DNA from: Octopus vulgaris
Taxonomy: Eukaryota
Length of the DNA: 64,000 nt
Reading direction: 5' to 3'
Assembly (NCBI GenBank): GCA_951406725.2
Contig: OX597841.1
Coordinates: forward strand, 14,198,001 to 14,262,000
This document shows positions 12,107-25,052 of this stretch, piece by piece (positions within the stretch are counted from its first letter, which is position 1; every line of letters begins with the position of its first letter). The notes under the pieces are model-generated. The model was not told the DNA's origin. It made no database searches and saw only the letters and a program-made list of their open reading frames with translations. A program made the position numbers and the translations under genes.

Positions 12107-12630
12107 GTGCAGGAGTGGCTGTGTGGTAAGTAGCTTGTTTACCAACCACATGGCTCCGGGTTCAGTCCCACTGCGTGGCATCTTGGGCAAGTGTCTTCTG
12201 CTATAGCCTCGGGCTGACCAAAGCCTTGTGAGTGGATCTGATAGCTGGAAACTGAAAGAAGCCTGTCATATATATATATGTGTGTGTGTGTTTGTGTGTC
12301 TGTTTGTCCCCTGCTTCATCGCGTGACAACCGATGCTGGTATGTTTACGTCCCCATAACGTAGCGGTTTGACAAGAGAGACCGATAGAATAAGTAACTAG
12401 ACTTACAAAGAATAAGTCCTGGGGTCGATTTGCTCGACTAAAAGAATAAGTCCTGGGGTCGATTTGCTCGACTAAAAGAATAAGTCCTGGGGTCGATTTG
12501 CTCGACTAAAAGAATAAGTCCTGGGGTCGATTTGCTCGACCAAAAGAATAAGTCCTGGGGTCGATTTGGTCGACTAAAGACGATGCTCCAGCATGGCCAC
12601 AGTCAAAGTGACTGAAACAAATAAAAGAAT
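12107..12630 (+). mobile_element. SINE family A with internal 34-bp x5 expansion
   Basis: Family A sequence; the unit aataagtcctggggtcgatttgctcgactaaaag repeats at 12411-12578. Confidence 0.9.
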
Positions 12631-13275
12631 GCCCACACAATACAGAATATTTTAACAATTGTCTTTTTATACAATTCCTAATAAAAATAAAATAGGGTTT
12701 TTTAAACATGGAATAGTTATGGGGGCCCACCTGAGTAAAACAGAAATCAAAGGGGTCCATAGATAAGAAGGGTGGGGCCGAGAAACTATGTTGTAACTCA
12801 TGGGAAACTGATTGTGAAAATGTACAAAGCACCATCCGAATCGTGGCCGATGCCAGTGCCACCTCGACTGGCTTCCGTGCCGGTGGCATGTAAAATGCAC
12901 CAATCTGACCGTGGCCGTTGCCAGCCTCGCCTGGCCCCTGTGCAGGTGGCACGTAAAAAGCACCCACTACACTCACGGAGTGGTTGGCGTTAGGAAGGGC
13001 ATCCAGCTGTAGAAACACCGCCAGATCAGACTGGAGCCTGGTGCAGCCTCCTGGCTTCCCAGATCCCCGGTCGAACCGTCCAACCCATGCTAGCATGGAG
13101 AACGGACGTTAAACGATGATGATGATGTATAAAAGCTTGTTGGGTGTGATTTTGAGGGAAGTTTGACTGCTATGTTTGAGCTGGTTGTTCAACCATGTTG
13201 AGGGATTTTCTCTATTATTCCATTGTTGTTGCATTTTATTAAAATTTGTGCTTTTTTTTTTTTTGCTTTTTTCAG

Positions 13276-16200
13276 AGTCCAAGGTCAGCAAAGGACACAA
13301 TGCCCCAAGATGACGAGAACACCAATATATCAGAGCCGTCAAAGACACGGTTTGACAAAGAGGATTCCGTCGATTCTGTCAAACTGCACGACAGCACAGC
13401 CTCTGAGTCTGACCACAAACCTGCTGGACATGTGAGAGCTGATAAACTTGCTGAAGACTCCAAGAGTAGCTGTGACACTGCTGCTTCTGAGACCACCCTG
13501 ACATCGCAGACCAGGAAGAGAAACCATTCCGAAACAGACACAGAGTCGAGCGAGGAGAAGCAGAAGGGTCCCACAAACCTGGATCCGGTCACAAAGAAAC
13601 TCTGTCCACAACAAACTGAAAATGCAAAGAGTGAGGCTCCAGCTGGCCTGAAGTCTGGAACTGATGCCAAAGAGGCTAAAAAACCAATAACTGACCAAGG
13701 AATCGACTCTCATTCAAAGCAAAGCGTTAAAAGTTCTTTGTTTGATGATGCCACTACTGCTGATTTGACGAAGGGATCTGTCGGAATTGGTGAGAAGGGG
13801 GAGAAGAAAGGTGAGGTTAAGGTTACAAGTGGGACAGCGGAGAGTCCTTTGTCATCAAAGGAGAAACCCCAAGAGAAAGGGAAGACGACCGAGGCAGTGA
13901 CGAAAGATACAAAGACGGCTGCCGGAGAATCAGATTCTGGGAAAACGGATAGAGTTAAGAAGGCGCCGGAAGTTGAAGGACGGAAGTCCAAGTCTGCCGA
14001 GAAGCTGCAAGAGGTCTGCGAGAAGTTGCGAGCAGCACGAGGAGGAGGAGGAGGAGGAAGTGGCAGTGATGTGGATCTGTCTGTAGGTCGTAAAGGAAAG
14101 AAGGACGAAGATGAAAAGGTTGTTCCGGATAAGAAAAAGGCTGAACCTGAGGCTGGTGCATCGAGTAAGAGGGAAGCAGATTGCTCCAAGGCATCGGAAC
14201 CATCCAAGGAACTTCCAGCCGATGACAGTGGAAAGAAGAGTCTGCAGAAAGCTGAACCCAAGCAGAAGAGCTCAGATCTGAAGGCGAAACCTGCTGACAA
14301 TGTTCCAGACTCCAAGAGCAAGGTAGAAAATTCTTCTGACCCTGTTAAACCATCTTTGAAGGCATCAACTGTTACTGCTGAGTCTAAGTCTGTTGAGAAC
14401 CAATCCAAAGAAGAGGGGAAAAAATCTTTGAGCAAGCCATGTGATGATAGCACAAGGACCTCTCAACTAAATCAAGGACCAACAACTCCCAAACAACCCC
14501 TTAAAGAGGACACAGAGAAGTCGTCAGATAAGGCAGTTTTAAAATCTGTTCCCGATAAGATTTCCAAGTCGGCCGATTCCAAATCTTCTGGCGATAGTTT
14601 GAAAGTTTCCATTCCGAAAGCGGATGCCTCAAAGTCTGGGAAGGACTCTTCAGCAAGCGGTCAGTCAACCGTGACTGGGAAATCAGAACCAAAGAAAGAA
14701 AGCAACAAGATGTCGGACGTCCAGACAGATTCTGCTGACAAGAAGAAGAATTTGTCCTCGAAAACTAAACTTGATACAGAAACAACCAAAGTCGAGTCTG
14801 TGAAGACAGAGAAACCAAAAGATTCTGTTCGTGGGGAGGGTACGGCAAAAGATGAGGTGGCTTCTAAACTGCCTGGAAAGGGGACAGGTGTAACGAAAGA
14901 AGAAGGATCGCGAGGAGTTAAGTCTACTGAAGAGGATCTGAAGTCGAAAGTAACGTCTGACCCTAAAGTTGTAGACAAAGCCAAGAATGACCAAACTGGT
15001 GCGAAGAAAATGTCAACCGAGCCCCAGAAGTTGAAGGATTCTGGCATTTCAAAAATGGGGAGCAGTTTGAAACCTGGTGCTGATAAACCTTCTGACAGCA
15101 AGGCTGAAGGAATTTTGGCCAAGGCTGACAGTTCAAAGGGCCTCTCTAAGGCATCTGAAAAGAAGAACAATGAATCTGGAGATCAGAGTCGTGGAAGTTC
15201 GAAAGAAGGAACCCCTCTGAAGCCTGTCAGTGGTGAGTCATCGTCCGTCGGAGCGGAAAAACCGTCTTCGGATCTGAAGAAAGAATCTGCTAAAAGTGAT
15301 GCTGCGACAAAGAAACCTGTGTCTGCTGAAGACGGAGAGAAGAAATCAGAGAAGACCAATGCTGTACCGGAAAGTTCTAAGACTCCTTTCTCTGTGAAAA
15401 GTAAGGAATCGACCAAAGATGTATCAAAGGCAGAGTTAAAGGAATCCAGTTCAGCATCTGTCTCTTCGAAAACTGCTGATGATGGTAGCACCGGCACAAA
15501 GAAACCTGTTGCAGAACAACCTACGGCGGGAGAAATATCATCGAAATCTAAGGAAGGGCCTTCGAAGTTGGCTTCAAGAGAAAGTGTTCTAGCAGAGGCT
15601 GGTTCCATGCAGGATAAAACACTGACAAAGCTGACTACAACGTTAATTAAAGAAAGCAGTCCTTCAGAGAAATCCATCATTAAGCCAACTGAAAGTGCAT
15701 CCAAGATCTCATCTGGGTCACAGAGTAAACCTTCGCCAGAGGCCCCCGCTAAATCTGCAGTGGAGGAGTCTCTGCCCAAATCCACTTCATTATCAAAGAA
15801 AGAATTATCAGAACCAAATCAAAAGCCTTCATCAGAAGCCCAAGCAAGTTCTTTGTCAAAGTCACCGGCCAAATCCTCGTCAGAGGCCTCAGCAAAGTCC
15901 TCGTTGAAGGTCCCAACTAAGACCTCGTTGGAGGCCCCAGCCAAGACCTCATCGGAAGCCCCAACCAAGACCTCGTCGGAGGCCCCAGCCAAGACCTCGT
16001 CGAAAGCCCCAGCCAAGACCTCGTCGGAGGCCCTAGCCAAGACCTCGTCGGAGGCCCCAGCCAAGACCTCTTCAGAGGCCCCAGCAAAGTCCTCGTCAAA
16101 AGTCCCTACCAAGCCCCTCTCAGAAGACTCAGCCAAGTCCCCTTCAGAAACCTCTGTCAAAAAATCCTCATCTGAGACCCCAGCCAAGTCATCATCAGAA

Positions 16201-16749
16201 ACCCCTGCCAAATCTTTGTCAGATGCCCCAACTAAGTCTTCGTCGGAGACCCCTAGTAAAACCTCGTCAGAAGCGAAGTCCTCATCAGAACCTCAGTCAA
16301 CAAACACACCACCAACGCAGACCAAACCTGCTGCGAACAGCAACAGCAGCAACAACAGCAGCACTGCCGCGGACCCTAACAAAACAGCTAAACCAGCAGA
16401 AGATAGCAGCAGCAAACAGAAAAAGGACGTCCATTTACCAAAGAGCCAATCAGGTGCCACAACAACAACAGCAGCGACCAAGGTCGGTGCCGCGCAGGAC
16501 ATCAAGAAAGAAGGCGACAACAAAGTTACAGTCATCAAAATGGCGTCGGCGACCTCTCACTCGAACGTGGACTGCTCCAGCGGCAAGAGTACTCCGAAGA
16601 GTGTCGTGTCGCACTCGGCCGAGGCTAAGCGAGACTCTTTGAAGTCGGCGGACACGAGTCGGAGCAAAACCACCTCTAGAGCAGTAGCCGAGGAGAGTCG
16701 ATCGGCAAAGCACGAGGGCCAAACCTCGGTTATCACGCCTACCAAAAAG
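13276..16749 (+). CDS. Gene 1 coding exon D: 3,474-bp exon encoding a K/S/E-rich disordered region
   Basis: Strong polypyrimidine acceptor ttttttcag|AGT, donor AAG|gtgaga. 1,158 open codons (track ORF 13246..16806); phase 0 in and out. Confidence 0.92.
15860..16290 (+). repeat. Coding 24-bp (8-aa) tandem repeat
   Basis: PAKTSSEA-type units inside gene 1 exon D. Confidence 0.9.
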
Positions 16750-16900
16750 GTGAGAGATTTTTGTGATGTTGTTGTTGGTGGTGGTGGTGGTGGTGGTGGT
16801 GTTTAACCCTGGGTCACATTGCTGGCTTTGTGCGTTAGTTATCAAAAGCCTTAGTCGTAAATTGTGGAGTTGCAGATGGTAGGGTGGTGGCAGCAGCAGC

Positions 16901-16954
<54 letters not shown>

Positions 16955-17885
16955 GGTAGTTATTATCATTATTATTATTATTATTATTATTATCATTGAG
17001 TGAGAGAGCAGTTCATGCCATCAAAGTGACGCTGGGGTAAAATATACGAAGCCCAGTATACCCATCATGACTACCCGTCTGATAAGGGTACACCAGACAC
17101 ATGCATCACAACCATATGTGCGCGACATGGTGATCTCATATCAAGATAAACAGCACATGACCTTGCAGGTGGGGCCCTGTTAGAATTTTCTTCTGGTCGA
17201 GTAAAACATCCCGCTCAAAAGGTCCCTAAATAAGGGTTGTTTAAGGATGTTGAACGAAACACCCATGTTTCCAGAGGTGAATTATTCAAACCCCAAAGAA
17301 TCCCTCTCAACACATGGCTATGATGCTCCCCCACTACTTCTGCTCGGGATCAGAGATGCACATATCGTCAGCCACTAAGGGACATAATCAACTGGTTAAG
17401 GTCAAACAACTGACAAGCAAATCTGTGGTATTGAGCAGAATATTTGCTGTAGGCCATCTTTTATACCAAGACAAAACAATGTTATTATTATTATTATTAA
17501 AATTGTTGTTATTATCATTATTATTATTAAGGTAGTGAGCTGGCAGAAATGTTAGCACGCTGGGCGAAATGCTTAGCGGTATTTCGCCTGCTGCTACGTT
17601 CTGAGTTCAAATTCCACCGAGGTTGACTTTGCCTTTCATCCTTTCGGAGTTTATTAAATAAGTACTAGTTACGCACTGGGGTCGATATAATCAACTTAAT
17701 CCGTTTGTCTGTCCTTGTTTGTCCTCTCTGTGTTTAGCCCCTTGTGGGTAGTAAAGAAATAGGTAGTGGTGGGGGTGATGATGATATGGTGGTGATGGGA
17801 GTGGCGTGGTGGGTAGAGGTGGTATAGTGTTGATGATGATGATGATTGTGATGGAGGTGTTAAAGGTCATGACTCTTTTTTGCAG

Positions 17886-18265
17886 GTCGAGGTACGTGGC
17901 TTCTCAGCCTCTACGCCAGCCGAAAGTCCTGGGGCCCCAGACAAGACGACGACGCCGTCGTCGGTCTCTTCCTCATCACCATCCCTGTCGTCCAGCAGCT
18001 CCCAGCAGCAGCATCAGCAGAAGAAGATGTCATCGTCGGGTGGTGGCCACGACGACGGCCGGAGAGAGAGCAGCGGCAGCGGTGGCCACAGCTATGACAG
18101 TCGTCCCTACCAGAAGAGTCGGCCTGAGATGTCCCGGGACCACAGCCAGCATCACCGTGACCGTTCCATGTATGATAGTGACTATCGTAGCCAGGCTGCT
18201 AGTGACAGGCTCTATCACCCTCGAGACGACTTTGGTGACAGGAAATATTCTTCAGGCTATGACAA
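17886..18265 (+). CDS. Gene 1 coding exon E (S/Q-rich, then R/D/Y-rich)
   Basis: Acceptor ctttttttgcag|GTC, donor GACAA|gtaaga. Reads VEVRGFSASTPAESP...DRKYSSGYD; phase 0 in, phase 2 out. Confidence 0.88.
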
Positions 18266-18319
18266 GTAAGACAACCTCCTCCACACCCCTCTCTCTCTCT
18301 CTCTCTTTGTGTCTGTCTA

Positions 18320-18350
<31 letters not shown>

Positions 18351-19017
18351 TTGTGTGTCTATCTCTCTCCCACTCTCTCTCTTTGTGTCTGTCTATCTGT
18401 CTCTCTCTCTCTCTCTCTCTTTGTGTCTGTCTATCTGTCTCTCTCTCTCTCTCTCTCTCTTTGTGTCTGTCTATCTGTCTCTCTCTCTCTCTCTTTGTGT
18501 CTGTCTATCTGTCCCCCACTCTCCTCTCTCTCTCTCTCAGTTCAGTTATCTATCCCTCTCTCTTTGTGTCTGTCTATCTCTCTCCCACTCTCCTTTCTCT
18601 CTTCCTCTCTGCCTGTCTTTCCCTCTCTCTCTCTCTCTCTCTCTCTCTTTGTGTATGTCTCTCTCTCTCTCCCACTCTCCTCTCTCTCTTTCTATCTCTG
18701 ATGTTTCCACTCTCCAGGGCAGACGTTCTCAGCATGAGTGGTACCCACCCTCAAAAGGGACACTGGACATGTTGAAAGAGACGCAAGGTTTTTTTGGGGG
18801 GTGGGGGGAGCAGTCAAGGGGACGATGAGCTAACTTAATCAACCAACTCAATTTAACCCATGGCAGTAATTATATTCCACATGGTTATTAAAATAAAACG
18901 AGATCTCGTCAAGCTGAAGCAAGTCGTTAACTTGCAATGAATAAAGTAAATTGACAACTTTTGTCTTTTATTAAATTTAGCAACGAAAATTTTGGAAGGA
19001 AAAATACAAAATACAAA

Positions 19018-19600
19018 TAGGTGCAGGAGTGGCTGTGTAGTAAGTAGCTTGCTTACCAACCACATGGTTCTGGGTTCAGTCCCACTGCGTGGCACCTGGG
19101 GCAAGTGTCTTCTACTATAGCCTCGGGACGACCAAAACCTTGTGAGTGGATTTGGTAGATGGAAACTGAAAGAAGCCCATCGTATATATGTATATATAGG
19201 CGCAGGAGTGGCTGTGTGGTAAGTAGCTTGCTAACCAACCACATGGTCCCGGGTTCAGTCCCACTGCGTGGCATCTTGGGCAAGTGTCTTCTGCTATAGC
19301 CCCGGGCCGACCAATGCCTTGCGAGTGGATTTGGTAGACGAAACTGGAAGAAGCCTGTCGTATATATGTATATATATGTATGCGTGTTTGTGTGTCTGTG
19401 TTTGTCCCCCTAGCATTGCTTGACAACCGATGCTGGTGTGTTTATGTCCCCGTCACTTAGCGGTCTGGCAAAAGATACCGATAGAATAAGTACTGGGCTT
19501 ACAAAAGAATAAGTCCCGGGGTCGATTTGCTCGACTAAAGGCGGTGCTCCAGCATGGCCGCAGTCAAATGACTGAAACAAGTAAAAGAATTAAGAGAGTA
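19018..19600 (+). mobile_element. SINE family A, 5' half plus full copy in tandem
   Basis: Heads at ~19020 and ~19198. Confidence 0.9.
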
Positions 19601-19711
19601 TTATCACTGGGGCGGGGTGTCTTTAAGGATGGTAATGGTAGCAGTGGTGGGGTTTTATAATGTTGATGATGATGATGCTAATGTGTCCGTGTTTGTTTCC
19701 ATCTGTTTCAG

Positions 19712-19973
19712 TCGTAATGCCCACAGCCAGCGAGGCAGTAACCAGTACGGTGGCCCAGGCCCAGACTATCGAGGGCCGAACCCAGGACAATATGGTGGCA
19801 GTAGAGACTACAGAGGACCGAAGTCTTACGACCAGCGCAACCGAGGAGGAGGAGGAGGCGGGGGACCGCCGAACCGCGGTTTCGATCCCAACTGGCGCAA
19901 CAACCGCGGGGGACGGGGAAACTACGGTGGGAACTCTGGTTACCGTGGCGGTTACCGTAGCAACTACTACTGA
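19712..19973 (+). CDS. Gene 1 terminal coding exon F (RGG/Tyr/Asn-rich tail)
   Basis: Acceptor atctgtttcag|T; phase-2 entry matches exon E. Reads RNAHSQRGSNQYGGPGPDYRG...GYRGGYRSNYY, with TGA at 19971-19973. Confidence 0.88.
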
Positions 19974-20303
19974 TGACAAAACTGTCCGTCTGTCCGTGTG
20001 TCTGTTTGTGATGATGTCTGCAAGGATGGTTAACTCGCATACATACACGACATACGCACGCATGTAAGCGCACAGAGGCACACCTATGCGATCACATACA
20101 CCCACGTCTACATACATGCACTCGGCTCGATGTTGTTACATATATACACCCTGCTCGTGCGTACAGTGTGTATAGCGTACCCCTCCTGGGCCATCTACAC
20201 ATTTAGCTTTCTGTTTGTCTTGTCTGTCTGTGACTCACTCCCCCTCCTTCACCTGCCCACACGGACCAGTGACATATGGTGTGCGTATACGTGGATTCAT
20301 GCC

Positions 20304-20339
<36 letters not shown>

Positions 20340-20456
20340 AATTAATTATATATACCTTAATTGGTATATATAAATATTTTAATCTTCGGATTCTTTTTTA
20401 ATATGCTAGACCACTGGTCTTAATTGATAAGTATCAATTTCTACCCTTAATTAATT

Positions 20457-20495
<39 letters not shown>

Positions 20496-20605
20496 TATAT
20501 ATATAAGTGTATATCAATAATAAAAGGGTAAAATTAATTAATTATTAATTATCAATTTTACCAAGTAGTGTTCAGTATGTAAGAGGACCATTTACGGTAT
20601 ATTTA

Positions 20606-20900
20606 AAACATTACGTTATATAATTAGGGTTCATTAAAATAATTTACTTTACCACACACCGAACTTTTAGAAATAGCAGCTAAAAAATCTTAGCTATTTC
20701 CTCTACTATAAGAAAAATCTCCCAGACAATGTATACTCAAAAATGAATTATTTTTGAATTATTTTTGAGTATACATTGTTTGGGAGATTTTTCTTATAGT
20801 AGAAGAAAGAGGTAAGATTTTTTTGGCTGCTATTTCTAAAAGGTCAGTGTGTGGTAAAGTAAATTATTTTACTGAACCCTAATTATATAACGTAATGTTT
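20606..20900. repeat. Imperfect foldback (~140-bp arms) between (TA)n tracts
   Basis: aaacattacgttatataattagggttca...ctcaaaaat (20606-20744) is the inverse of atttttgag...cgtaatgttt (20761-20900). Confidence 0.9.
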
Positions 20901-21314
20901 GTATATATAAGTATATATGTATATATAAGTATATATATGTATATATAAGTATATATATGTATATATAAGTATATGTATGTATATATAAGTATATGTATGT
21001 ATATATCAGTATATGTGTGTGTGTGTGTGTGTAAATATATGCATGTGTATGTATGTGTATAAACACTTATATGCAAGTGATGGTGTGTGTGTGTGTGCGT
21101 ACATATCTGCATTGGCACTATACACAGGTGGTTAGATCATGGGTGTATATGTGTGTATGCGCATATACACTCGCATATGTGTAGTTATAGTAAACATTCA
21201 CACTTGCATACATACAGTTTGCTTCTACCATACATATGTATGTATATATGTGTGTATGTATGTGTCTATAACAATTCATATGTGTTCATTTACATGCATA
21301 TGTCTGTGTGCATG

Positions 21315-21345
<31 letters not shown>

Positions 21346-21379
21346 GTATATGTATGTATATATATGTATATGTATGTAT

Positions 21380-21413
<34 letters not shown>

Positions 21414-21718
21414 GTATATATATGTATGTATGTATATATATATGTATGTATATATATATATATGTATGTATATATATATATATGTATGTATATATATATG
21501 TATATGTATGTATATATATATGTATATGTATGTATGTATGTATATATATATATATGTATGTATATATATATATATGTATGTATATATATATGTATGTATA
21601 TATATATATGTATGTATGTATGTATGTATATATACATGTATGTATGTATGTATATATACATATATGTATGTATGTATATATACATGCTCATATATATGCG
21701 TGTGTGATTTAATCTCAT

Positions 21719-21755
<37 letters not shown>

Positions 21756-23059
21756 AAACAGACTCTAATCACTAATGAGTATCTCGTTTCACCCATAATT
21801 CCTTTTACTCCATCAGCTCACACACACTCCGTGTCACTGCCATCACCACCACCACCCGCCACCACCACTGCCATTACCACACGCACACACACACACTCAT
21901 ACACACACACAAACTCATACACACACACAAACCGTGTATCGCCGCCTTTATCCACACAGCGACTCTGAGAACAACTCGTGTCTTCGCATCCGTTTGTCCG
22001 TTATTTCACTAATTAAATCACACACACACACACACATACATACACGCATGCATACATACGCCAACATAATCTCATTGAATGGAAGATATGTGAATCGGTG
22101 GAGCATCAGCTAAAATGCCTTGTGACATTATAAGATTTGGGTGAATGAAATCACACCCAGGTCGTCTTGGCTCACATATGTATATATGTTTGTATGTGCG
22201 AGTGTGTGTGTGTGTGTACCATCATCGTTTAACGTCCGTTTTCCATGCTAGCATGGATTGGACGGTTCGACTGGGGTCTGGGAAGCCAGGAGGCTGCACC
22301 AGGCTCCAGTCTGATCTGGCAGTGTTTCTACAGCTGGATGCCCTTCCTAACGCCAACCACTCCGTGAGTGTAGTGGGTGCTTTTTACGTGCCACCGACAC
22401 AGGTATCACAACTACAATTTCCATTTGATTTTTATTTTGATGTTGATGTACTTGACTCAATAGGTCTCCTCAAGCACAGCATATATATATATATATATGT
22501 ATATATATATGTATATATGTATAAATATATGCGTATATATTCTTCCAGGTGGTGCCCCAGCATGACCACAAACTGAAGCCAGTTCAAACGAGGTCAAGTT
22601 ATACACCCACACACACACACGCACGCATCTACACAGTCGTGTGTGTGAATTATCTGCAAGAACTACAAGCGGAAGAGAGAGAGAGAGAGTGTGTGTGTGT
22701 GTTGTTTTACTCTGTGTCCTTCCACAACAGTCACCGAGAGTGCCACCCCACTTGTTACCGAGGCACTTTTAACACAGGTCCTCTGTTAGCCATTTATAAA
22801 GGCGTGTGTGTCTTTGGAAACTAACAGAAGCCTTTCGAATGTGTGTGTGTGTGTGCAGAAATATAGGTATGTCTCTGCATGTACCCCGGATACATGAGTA
22901 CCCGGCTCATCGATGTCCTGCCACTCACTCCCAGACACATCTTCCTTGTGTTTGTGTCTCTGTGCTAGGGGTATGTGACCCCTAGCTGTCATCGTTAGAC
23001 ACATTGTCATCACACATAGATCTGATAACTCCTCTGTCACGTGTTCCTGTGTGTGTATG

Positions 23060-23233
23060 TCCCCTCAAGGGACATAGTTGCTATGTGGTCTGTCCATGTG
23101 TCCTCTCCAGTTCTCTCTACAAAGGGACCCAGTTGCTGTGTGTGTGTGTGTGTGTGTATGTGTCCTCAAGGGACACAGTTGCTATGTGGTCCGTGTGTCC
23201 TCTCCACTTCTCTCTACAAAGGGACCCAGTTGC

Positions 23234-23264
<31 letters not shown>

Positions 23265-23470
23265 TCAAGGGACATAGTTGCTATGTGGTCTGTCCGTGTG
23301 TCCTCTCCAGTTCTCTCTACAAAGGGACCCAGTTGCTATGTGTGTGTGTGTCCTCAAGGGACATAGTTGCTATGTGGTCTGTCCGTGTGTCCTCTCCACT
23401 TTCTACAAAGGGACCCAGTTGCTGTGTGTATGTGTGTCTCCCTTCTATTTACATCTCTCAAGGGACACCG
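23060..23470. repeat. ~100-bp tandem repeat x4 with embedded (TG)n
   Basis: ctcaagggacatagttgctatgtggtc...aaagggacccagttgct units. Confidence 0.9.
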
Positions 23471-23915
23471 CTGTCGCTATGTGATCCGTCTCTGTGCCTC
23501 TTCCACTTTCATCTCTCCCCCCCGAAGGGACCCCAGTTCCCGTGCAAGGGTGTGTGTGTGTATGTATGTGTCCGCCCGCCACGTGTATCTATGTGCAGCC
23601 CTAAATCCCGCTTTATCATTCCCTCCCCCCTCCTTCCCCAATCACAGGTAACCCCCCTCCCCCAACCATATCCCACCACTTTCCCCCCCGCCCTCACTTC
23701 TGTCAATATATCAATCTTTAGTCACCGAGCCTGTGTGTGTGTGTGTATATGTATAGTATAAACATTGTTTTGTGAACTGTGTGTGTGTGTGGTAAGCCAC
23801 ACCCATTTAGCCACACCCATCTCTCCCCGCCCCCATTCCGGCTCCTCCTCCATCCCCCTCTCCTCACTGAAGGCGTCATTTGGTCTAACGCTTTTAAACG
23901 TCTATTATATAATGA

Positions 23916-23923
23916 AATAAATG

Positions 23924-23955
<32 letters not shown>

Positions 23956-24092
23956 TCTTTCTTTATTAGCCACAAGGGCGATTTTATTATAACAATAATA
24001 AATGAATCTTAGTTGAAATAAAAAAAAACAAACAATCACTGTTTAAAACATTTGATGCTTTTCGTTGGTTATTCTCACCTTTTTTTGTGTTG
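23916..24092 (+). terminator. Candidate polyadenylation region of gene 1
   Basis: AATAAA hexamers at ~23916, ~23997 and ~24016, followed by U/GU-rich sequence at ~24051-24092. Implies a ~4 kb 3' UTR; not provable without RNA data. Confidence 0.35.
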
Positions 24093-24386
24093 CATTAATT
24101 AAGGTTAATTAATTTGGTGTTGTCTTCTTTTATTGACCTTCTCTTGCTCTCTTTCTCTCTCTCTGTCTGTCTGTCTGTCTCACTCTCTCTTTCTCTCTGT
24201 CTCTGTCTCTCTCTCTCTCTCTTTCTCTCTGACTCTGTCTGTCTCTCTCTCCCTCTCTTTCTCTGTCTGTCTGTCTCTTTCTGTCTCTCTCTCCCTCTCT
24301 TTCTCTCTGTCTCTGTCTGTCTCTTTCTCTCTCTCTCTTTCTGTCTCTGTCTGTCTGTCTCTCCCTCCCTCTCTTTCTCTCTCTCA

Positions 24387-24418
<32 letters not shown>

Positions 24419-24436
24419 TTTTCTCTCTCCCCCTCT

Positions 24437-24477
<41 letters not shown>

Positions 24478-24744
24478 TCAAAATTTGCAGTAAGAAACAT
24501 TTATTAAACGTTATTACTGTTATTTCTTTATTTCCCGCAAACAAAATAAACAAAAAACCTATACGTTTGCATTATGTTATCATCATCATTGTTTAACGTC
24601 CGCTTTCCATGCTAGCATGGGTTGGACGGTTCAACTGGGGTCTGGGAAGCCTGAAGGTTGCACCAGGCCAGTCAGATCTGGCAGTGTTTCTACAGCTGGA
24701 TACCCTTCCTAACGCCACAATAATAATAATAAAGGATGTTACCA

Positions 24745-24904
24745 TATACGTTTTTACAAACCAAGGACGTTATATAGACCTCCTTGACTCAAGTTAGAGA
24801 AGGGGTGCGTATTATACACAAGGTTTAGGTTTTTCAGAGGTACAGCCCCTTAAAAATCCCCTGCGTATTATACTCAAGGGCAGAGTATACTCGAGGATTT
24901 ACGG
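24745..24904. mobile_element. Single end of a Tc2/pogo-like DNA transposon
   Basis: Ends gagtatactcgaggatttacgg|TA (CCGTA-type terminus) with repeated tgcgtattatac subterminal motifs. Confidence 0.5.
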
Positions 24905-25052
24905 TAATAAAAAGCATCGTAAATGATTAAATGTGTGTGTGGTATGTGTTATATAGATAACATGGAATTTGAACTCAGAACACAGTGGCAGACGAAATAC
25001 TGCTAAGCATTTTACCCAGTGTGCTAACGTTTCTGCCAGATTGCTGCCTTAA

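Noticed and set aside
12411-12578. CRISPR-like 34-bp repeats (also 6155-6440 and 47400-47878)
   Set aside because: Head-to-tail tandem units with no unique spacers, no cas genes and a eukaryotic context.
12506-13096. Recurrent ORFs such as MLAWVGRFD...LDALPNANHS and [16 protein letters not shown]...
   Set aside because: They are translations of non-coding SINE/retroposon families A and B, repeated throughout the window.
13272-16845. Long antisense ORFs over gene 1 exon D
   Set aside because: Shadow frames of a biased low-complexity coding exon.
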